Positions 58,663-64,000 of a stretch of DNA of 64,000 nucleotides are shown here, in pieces. The notes under the pieces were generated by a model. It ran no database searches and was not told the origin of the DNA. It saw nothing but the letters and a program-made list of their open reading frames with translations. Position 1 is the stretch's first letter. Every line of letters begins with the position of its first letter. This DNA is from an uncultured virus (IMG/VR IMGVR_UViG_2698536638_000003). Taxonomy: Duplodnaviria > Heunggongvirae > Uroviricota > Caudoviricetes. The DNA is taken from the IMG/VR virus record IMGVR_UViG_2698536638_000003, positions 1 through 64,000 of that record; one strand, written 5' to 3'. The translations under genes and the position numbers were made by a program.

Positions 58663-59338
58663 GATTGTCCCCACCAAGCGGGGCAAGGCCGCCGTCCTCG
58701 GCGCGCTCCTCTTCGCCATCGCCAGCGGCTGGACCGCTTTGGACCAGCCGGCCCCGGCGTCCGCTCCACCCTCCGTGGTCGTGCAGATGGTCCGTCCGGC
58801 CGTCGTCGCCCCGGCGCTCACTCCCGAGAAGCTGATCCACCAGCAGGTTGCAGCCGGCAAGATCCCGCCGGCCGTCAAGCTGGCGGTCGAGCAGATGATT
58901 ATGCCTTGGGAAGGGCTCCGCACCAAGGCGTATCTCGACACGCTCCCGAAGAAGCATGTTTGGACCGTCTGCTACGGCGAGACGCTCAACATCAAGAAGG
59001 GGATGAAGTTCACGCGCGAGCAGTGCAAGGCAATGCTGATCAAGCGGGTCATCCATGACTACTACCTCCCGCTGGTCGACGGCGTGAAGGATTACGCGAT
59101 CGCCCCGATGTCCCTGCAGGCCTCCATGATCTCCGGCGCCTACAACTTCGGTGTTGCGGGCCAGAAGGGATCGCGCACTGCGGCCTTTGTGACCAAGCAC
59201 CAGTACAGCCAGGCCTGTGACGCACAGACCGCCTGGAACAAGGCTGGCGGCAAGGTCCTGCCTGGCCTGGTGAACCGCCGTGAGACCGGCGATGCCCAGC
59301 GCGCCGGTGAAGCTGAAATCTGCAAGTCGGGGCTGTAA
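58649..59338 (+). CDS. Endolysin, GH24 lysozyme with N-terminal signal/SAR segment
   Basis: WEGLRTKAYLD...WTVCYGET, AYNFG and LPGLVNRR; Ala/Gly-rich N-terminal TM segment. Confidence 0.9.
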   Translation: MPINKIVPTKRGKAAVLGALLFAIASGWTALDQPAPASAPPSVVVQMVRPAVVAPALTPEKLIHQQVAAGKIPPAVKLAVEQMIMPWEGLRTKAYLDTLPKKHVWTVCYGETLNIKKGMKFTREQCKAMLIKRVIHDYYLPLVDGVKDYAIAPMSLQASMISGAYNFGVAGQKGSRTAAFVTKHQYSQACDAQTAWNKAGGKVLPGLVNRRETGDAQRAGEAEICKSGL

Positions 59339-59437
59339 GATGCGTGAACTCGCAATCATCTGGTGTGAAGACCACAAGACAGAGATCGCCGTGATCCTGG
59401 CCTTGCTCACCGCACTCGCGATCTGGGTGGTGCTGTG

Positions 59438-59752
59438 ATGCCGGCGTGGGCCTCTCTCTGGTTGCTCAGGATCGGCGTGGCCATCGGCCTGTTCGTGGCC
59501 GGCTTCGGTTATGGCTGGGTGAAGTTCGAGAACGCGGCCGAGGTCGCCGCCCTGAAGCACCAGGTCACTCAGCTGCAGACCAACGTCGCGATCCTTGAGG
59601 CCGACTCCAGCCAGGCTGTGGTCGATGCCGACAAGCTCGCCCAATACGATAAGAACGCAAAGGAGCAGCGCGATGCTGTCACATCTAATCCGCGCATCAA
59701 GTGTTTTGACGGTGATGCTGCTGACCGGGTGCGCAACCTCTGGAAAGGTTGA
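59438..59752 (+). CDS. Inner-membrane spanin (Rz-like)
   Basis: N-terminal TM plus coiled coil, after the endolysin. Confidence 0.7.
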   Translation: MPAWASLWLLRIGVAIGLFVAGFGYGWVKFENAAEVAALKHQVTQLQTNVAILEADSSQAVVDADKLAQYDKNAKEQRDAVTSNPRIKCFDGDAADRVRNLWKG

Positions 59753-59984
59753 ACTTCCCCCGATCCCGCAGGACCTCCGCGTGTGTTTCGAGACGATGGT
59801 CGGGCCGTTTCCAGAGGGCAAGCCGATCGACGACTTGATGGTCTTCGACAAGATCGACCAGTTCATCCGTTCGGACAGGACCAAGTCGTCCTGCGGGAAA
59901 CGGTTGATCGCCATCATTGATGCATCCGGCGACCCGAAGGCCCTGGCCAAACTATTGCGCGAGACGAAAACCCGCACTAAATAG
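59673..59984 (+). CDS. Outer-membrane spanin lipoprotein (Rz1-like)
   Basis: Lipobox LLTG-C, Pro-rich, overlapping the i-spanin in another frame. Confidence 0.7.
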   Translation: MLSHLIRASSVLTVMLLTGCATSGKVELPPIPQDLRVCFETMVGPFPEGKPIDDLMVFDKIDQFIRSDRTKSSCGKRLIAIIDASGDPKALAKLLRETKTRTK

Positions 59985-60010
59985 CTCTTCCTATAGTATT
60001 CGGGGGACCT

Positions 60011-60304
60011 ATGAAGAAGCTGCTCATCATCGCTGCCGTTGTTCTCGCCACAGGCACTGGTCTGGCCTTTGCCTTCAAGAGCTCTGGCCCGACTAAGGAG
60101 CAGACAGATGCCGGCATCGCCAGCACCTGGAACGTCCAGGAGGTGTCGTCCTCCTGGGAGGGTGACAAGCTGATGGCTCTCGTCACCTGGAAGGACCTCA
60201 CGCAAGCTCAATCTGCAGCCGATCAGCTCTGCCAGCTGTTTCCTCTCAGCAAGGTGCTGTGGGACAACAAGCTGGGCGAGGCTCGGGCATACGAGTGTCA
60301 ATGA
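60011..60304 (+). CDS. Small secreted/periplasmic protein
   Basis: MKKLLIIAAVVLATGTGLAFA signal peptide. Confidence 0.65.
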   Translation: MKKLLIIAAVVLATGTGLAFAFKSSGPTKEQTDAGIASTWNVQEVSSSWEGDKLMALVTWKDLTQAQSAADQLCQLFPLSKVLWDNKLGEARAYECQ

Positions 60305-60330
60305 AAAGGGCCGCTCTCGCGGCCCTTTCC
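60304..60330. terminator. Bidirectional terminator between convergent operons
   Basis: AAAAGGGCCGC-TCTC-GCGGCCCTTT. Confidence 0.8.
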
Positions 60331-60331
60331 T

Positions 60332-62740
60332 TTACTTGTTGAAGTCGACGGGGCACGCCCCGCTGGCGCAGTCGATGTGGACCTTGTCCACGTCCTCGGC
60401 CATCTGCTCTCGGATTGAGCCGACGATCGCCTCGTAGCGAGCCTTGGTGAGTGGCTCTTCCGGCTGGTACTCGTAGGACAGTGTGTCGACCTGGGGGAGG
60501 ACCGACACAGCGCGCACCAGATTGATGTTGGCGTCCATGACCTTCGAGTATTCGTTGAAGTTCACCTTCTTGGGGTCGTACTTCAGGGTGTAGGAGACCT
60601 GGTTGCCGCCCTCACGGCCGATCCAGAACGTCTCCAGGAGACGGAGCCAGCGGAACTGCTCCTCCATCGTGGCTTCGGCCGCCGTGGTGACCTCTCCACC
60701 CATGCTGCAGATGACCGGCGCTGTTGGGAAGCCGACGATCGTCGTGCCCTTGTAGCTCTTCAGCTCCTTCGTCGGGTAGCCTTTCTCGGCGTACACCGCC
60801 ACCAGCGGGTCGTCGGAGCGGAACTGGACCCAGCGGAGATATTCCCGCATGGCCGGCAGGTGCGCGCCCTCGGTGAGGCCGAACAGCTTGCTGGTGGTGC
60901 CCGCCGGCTTGATCGTCCTGCGCGTGTGCGGAAACGTGACGCCGAGATCCTGACAGTAGGTGCTGGCTTCCTCGTCCACGACATTGGCCAGCTCCTTCAT
61001 GCGCAGCCAGAACGGCATCGAGCGCACGCTTGGGGCAACCATCTCGGCGCCGTTGGCGTCCTTGATCTTGATGCCGTCGCCGTCGATGGCGATCAGATCC
61101 TTGAAGCTCAGGCCGTAGCGGCGCATTGCCCACTCCAGGATGCCTGTCAGGGACACGCCAATCCGGTTCGTGCGGTTGACCTCCCGCTGGTAGATCGAGG
61201 GCATGAGGTTGGTGCGGATCAGGGCGCGCGTGATGTGACGCACGGCCATTTCCTCTTCCCAGCTGTCGTTGGCGTGGTAGAGCGCCAGGTCGCCGATGAC
61301 GCAGAAGCCGCCCAGGATGAAGAGGACGATCTCACCACACGGGTTGACGATGAACTGGTAGGAGTGATCCATCACCAGCTCGGCCAGGGCGAGCTGCATC
61401 TCCCTGAAGTCCTCGCCGCCGAACTTGGCGAACGGGTAGACCAGGTAGTCGTCGGCGCCCTTGAGGTTGACGGAGAGCTTCGAGACGTTGAGGAAGCCAG
61501 TCTCGCCGGTCAGGTCGTGGTACTGACGGCGCTTCATGGCCTCGTTCAGGTCGTAGGCCTTGCGTTCCCACTCACCGAGCTCGATGCCGTTGCGCAGGAA
61601 ATGACGGGCCTTGCGCAGGCACTCGTAAAACTCGTCGTCGACAGCGACGGAGTTATTCGATGACCAGAGGAAGGAGTCGTAGCCAGGCAGGCCAGCCATC
61701 GCGTCGACCTCTTCCCAGCTGCGGCCGATGAACTCGATCGGGCGCTTGAGGTCGATGAACTCGAAGATGCCGGGGTCTTTCCAGAACTTGGTCGCGATGC
61801 GCGCAGCGCGGCGGGCGCCACCGACCAGAACGCACTCGGCCAGATAGTGGTCGGCGATGATCGCAGACTTCCACTTTGGCATGTTGAGACCGCGCAGGCG
61901 GGCCACATTGGCGATAGCGCCCATGAGCGGGCCCGGGCCAGAGGCAGGCCGGTTCTGCATGCCCTTGATCGGCTCGTTGAAGCCGCGGACCTTGGTGTAG
62001 TCGAGGATCAGGACGTGCTCGTGCAGGCCCTTGTAGGTCGCCACCTCGATCTGCTCGACGCCTTCAGCCCAGCCTTCACGGCTGTCGTCGACCATGTGGT
62101 AGATCGTGTTCTCGCCGGCATAGAGGTGCAGAGCTTCGCGGGGCGTCATGTAGCCGGAGATCCGGCCCGACAGAACGTCAGGGTGGTTGTTGTCGATGAC
62201 GTTGATGACCTTCGGCTGCTTGGTCCAGTCGACCAGCATCAGGGCGTCGTCGTAGGCACCACCCACGCCGGAGCCAGAGAGCAGGAGCTGGAAGGTCATG
62301 GCGCGGAACATCGACGTGGAGCAGTTCGTGAAGACCTCCATCGGACGGTCTTTCTGCCGGATGTCGCCGTGCTGGAGGTGGCGGCCGGAGAGCAGGATGG
62401 TGCCTTCGGCGATATGGTAGTTCAGCGCCTGGAGGTCGTAGCAGTGCGGGTCGAGCGAGGTGTTGCCCTCGGCCACGCGCAGGGCGACGTCTTCCCAGCG
62501 CTCACGGCGCGTGTCGGGCTTGCGACCCATGTGTGGTGCTTCGGCGTCGTCAATGATCTTGATCAGGGGGAAGGTGAGGCTCAACGCCGACCACCAGACT
62601 TTATAGTCGGGGTCTTTCGGGTTGAGATGGACAGCCTTGAGGCCTGCGTAGTTGGCCTTGGCATCGTCGGTGAGGATGAGACGGGCGACGGTGCGTTCAG
62701 CAACGCCTTGACCCATCCCCGGGAAGAAATCACGGGACAT
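60332..62740 (-). CDS. nrdJ: Class II (B12-dependent) ribonucleotide reductase
   Basis: FTNC, PASGP, VGGARRAA, NPCGE, TIKPAGTTS and C-terminal CASGACP; no beta-subunit gene nearby. Confidence 0.9.
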   Translation of the reverse strand: MSRDFFPGMGQGVAERTVARLILTDDAKANYAGLKAVHLNPKDPDYKVWWSALSLTFPLIKIIDDAEAPHMGRKPDTRRERWEDVALRVAEGNTSLDPHCYDLQALNYHIAEGTILLSGRHLQHGDIRQKDRPMEVFTNCSTSMFRAMTFQLLLSGSGVGGAYDDALMLVDWTKQPKVINVIDNNHPDVLSGRISGYMTPREALHLYAGENTIYHMVDDSREGWAEGVEQIEVATYKGLHEHVLILDYTKVRGFNEPIKGMQNRPASGPGPLMGAIANVARLRGLNMPKWKSAIIADHYLAECVLVGGARRAARIATKFWKDPGIFEFIDLKRPIEFIGRSWEEVDAMAGLPGYDSFLWSSNNSVAVDDEFYECLRKARHFLRNGIELGEWERKAYDLNEAMKRRQYHDLTGETGFLNVSKLSVNLKGADDYLVYPFAKFGGEDFREMQLALAELVMDHSYQFIVNPCGEIVLFILGGFCVIGDLALYHANDSWEEEMAVRHITRALIRTNLMPSIYQREVNRTNRIGVSLTGILEWAMRRYGLSFKDLIAIDGDGIKIKDANGAEMVAPSVRSMPFWLRMKELANVVDEEASTYCQDLGVTFPHTRRTIKPAGTTSKLFGLTEGAHLPAMREYLRWVQFRSDDPLVAVYAEKGYPTKELKSYKGTTIVGFPTAPVICSMGGEVTTAAEATMEEQFRWLRLLETFWIGREGGNQVSYTLKYDPKKVNFNEYSKVMDANINLVRAVSVLPQVDTLSYEYQPEEPLTKARYEAIVGSIREQMAEDVDKVHIDCASGACPVDFNK

Positions 62741-62745
62741 AAAAA

Positions 62746-62773
62746 ACCTCTCAGTTCGGTGGAACTGAGAGGT
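62746..62773 (-). promoter_or_regulatory. Terminator-like hairpin that covers the nrdJ Shine-Dalgarno
   Basis: Minus strand: ACCTCTCAGTTC-CACC-GAACTGAGAGGT-TTTTT-ATG. Confidence 0.7.
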
Positions 62774-62824
62774 AAGAGTTCAAAATCTTGTATGTGAGTG
62801 ATGCGTTTTGCTCACCCTATAGTA

Positions 62825-63391
62825 TCACCACTTTTTTCCATGGGCCGACTTGCGGTGTTCGGCCGTGTGGTCCTTGCGGACCTTGTTGAAAGCGGACTTC
62901 TCGGCATAGGCGCCGTGGAGATCGTAGTTCCACTTCTCGGCGTATTGTTGAATGAGCTGCAGGGTGGCCCAGAGCTGTGCCTCGATCAGCACCTTGATCT
63001 CGGGGAAGTGGTCTCCGTCGTCGGAGCAGAGCGCCCCGATGTCGACGACGGAACTCGTGATCTGCAGGAGCGCAGCGCCTTTGTTCGCGGGGGTCTCGTC
63101 GACCAGGTAGACGCCAGGTTTGATGTCGTATTTGTATGCACCGGAGAAATCCGCCAGGCGGATCACGGCGTCGACCAGCTCGACTTCCGCACCAGGGCGG
63201 TGGGGGAGCTTGTCGTCCATCAGGTTCTTGCGCTCGGCCTCCATGGCCTCGGCGATCTCGGATACGACGAGCATGAGCAGCTCGTCCTTGTCACGGTCGA
63301 GGGGCGCACCGGTCTCCAGGTCGTGCCACCACTTGTGGTTGTTGGCGTGGCACTCGGTGGCGAGTTCGTTGTAGGTCAGTCCGTTGATCAT
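62825..63391 (-). CDS. MazG-like all-alpha NTP pyrophosphohydrolase
   Basis: LVVSEIAEAMEAERK...EVELVDAVIRLAD...KSAFNKVR. Confidence 0.75.
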   Translation of the reverse strand: MINGLTYNELATECHANNHKWWHDLETGAPLDRDKDELLMLVVSEIAEAMEAERKNLMDDKLPHRPGAEVELVDAVIRLADFSGAYKYDIKPGVYLVDETPANKGAALLQITSSVVDIGALCSDDGDHFPEIKVLIEAQLWATLQLIQQYAEKWNYDLHGAYAEKSAFNKVRKDHTAEHRKSAHGKKW

Positions 63392-63606
63392 TCGAAGCCT
63401 CGTTTGATGATTGCTGCGACCACCACGCCGGTCCAGGCGCCAGCCAGGAGAGCGGGGGTGTGCATGTCGAAAGGGGTTGGGAGGGTGAGCCACAGGCCGT
63501 ACGCAATGACGCCGGCCAGTGGGGGCACGATGACCATGCAGACGACTGCACCGATCATCGTGAGGGTCTCAGCGACCCGGTTCACAGCGGGCCTGAGAAG
63601 GGCCAA
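63388..63606 (-). CDS. Small two-TM membrane protein
   Basis: Two hydrophobic segments; coupled ORF. Confidence 0.5.
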   Translation of the reverse strand: MALLRPAVNRVAETLTMIGAVVCMVIVPPLAGVIAYGLWLTLPTPFDMHTPALLAGAWTGVVVAAIIKRGFE

Positions 63607-64000
63607 GGTGGGAACTTGGCGTCGAGGGGATAACCATCGTCATCGAGACGAGTGATGACCTTCGGCGGGGACTCGACCGTGTTAACCTGGGCCGCTGTGG
63701 CCGCCTGCTGCTTCTGGCGCTCCCGCTCGACCTGGACGGCCTTCAGGCGCTCGACCCACTCCTCGCCGGCATGGAGCAGATCGGCTTCCACCTGGGACTT
63801 GGGTCGGTTATCGATCAAGGTGCCGTGGGCTTGGGCGTCGATCAGGATCGTGCAGCACGCCTTGACCGCGCCGAGGTTCTTGACGAGCGTGTCGCGCGTC
63901 ATCTCCTCGCCGACCTTCCAGAGCTGAAGGTGTCGCATCGCGGCCTCGACGTAGGTCATGGCCTCGACCATGGTTTTACGCCAGTTGAGGGGCTCGTACT
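63582..64000 (-). CDS. dATP/dGTP diphosphohydrolase (DUF5664-like), 5' end outside the window
   Basis: YEPLNWR...YVEAAMRHLQLWKVGEE...ACCTILIDA. Confidence 0.7.
   Translation of the reverse strand, partial: YEPLNWRKTMVEAMTYVEAAMRHLQLWKVGEEMTRDTLVKNLGAVKACCTILIDAQAHGTLIDNRPKSQVEADLLHAGEEWVERLKAVQVERERQKQQAATAAQVNTVESPPKVITRLDDDGYPLDAKFPPWPFSGPL

Larger units (their letters stand above)
1..64000. mobile_element. Temperate siphovirus-type (pro)phage; continues beyond the right edge
   Basis: Integrase, primase/helicase, terminase, portal, capsid, tail, tape measure, lysis and RNR genes in phage-like modular order; no host housekeeping genes seen. Confidence 0.95.

Noticed and set aside
62741..62824. 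Cobalamin riboswitch upstream of nrdJ
   Set aside because: The intergenic gap is only 84 nt and lacks a B12-box.

Overview
The whole window reads as one GC-rich temperate tailed phage or prophage with lambda-like siphovirus tail genes. The host is probably Rhizobiales; a DUF768-like moron points to Mesorhizobium. Layout: (1) tyrosine integrase and HTH excisionase at the left edge; (2) a leftward early/host-takeover region (1.3-21.5 kb) with a gp88-like Cys-rich protein, rIIB/rIIA, about 50 small ORFs (including an RNA polymerase alpha-CTD-like protein, a T7 gp0.7-like kinase and a small lipoprotein) and a few plus-strand morons (H-NS-like peptide, ATP-dependent ligase, DUF768-like); (3) a primase-polymerase/SF3 helicase; (4) a rightward virion operon with GpA-type terminase, a GTA-like head-spike pair carrying an SGNH esterase, portal, a collagen/lectin fibre set, capsid, tail, tape measure with SLT domain, lambda M/L/K/I/J-like tip genes and an inserted metallophosphoesterase; (5) a lysis cassette; (6) leftward nucleotide genes (class II RNR, MazG-like, DUF5664-like, the last truncated). 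The strongest unexplained signal is a series of long-stem, multibranched intergenic elements in the early region (15.6, 17.3-17.5, 19.3-19.5 and 19.8 kb), one with a tRNA-like T-arm, clustered around the kinase. The break in the gpJ-like gene at 52867 looks like an assembly artefact. All family assignments come from motif recognition by eye, not database searches.
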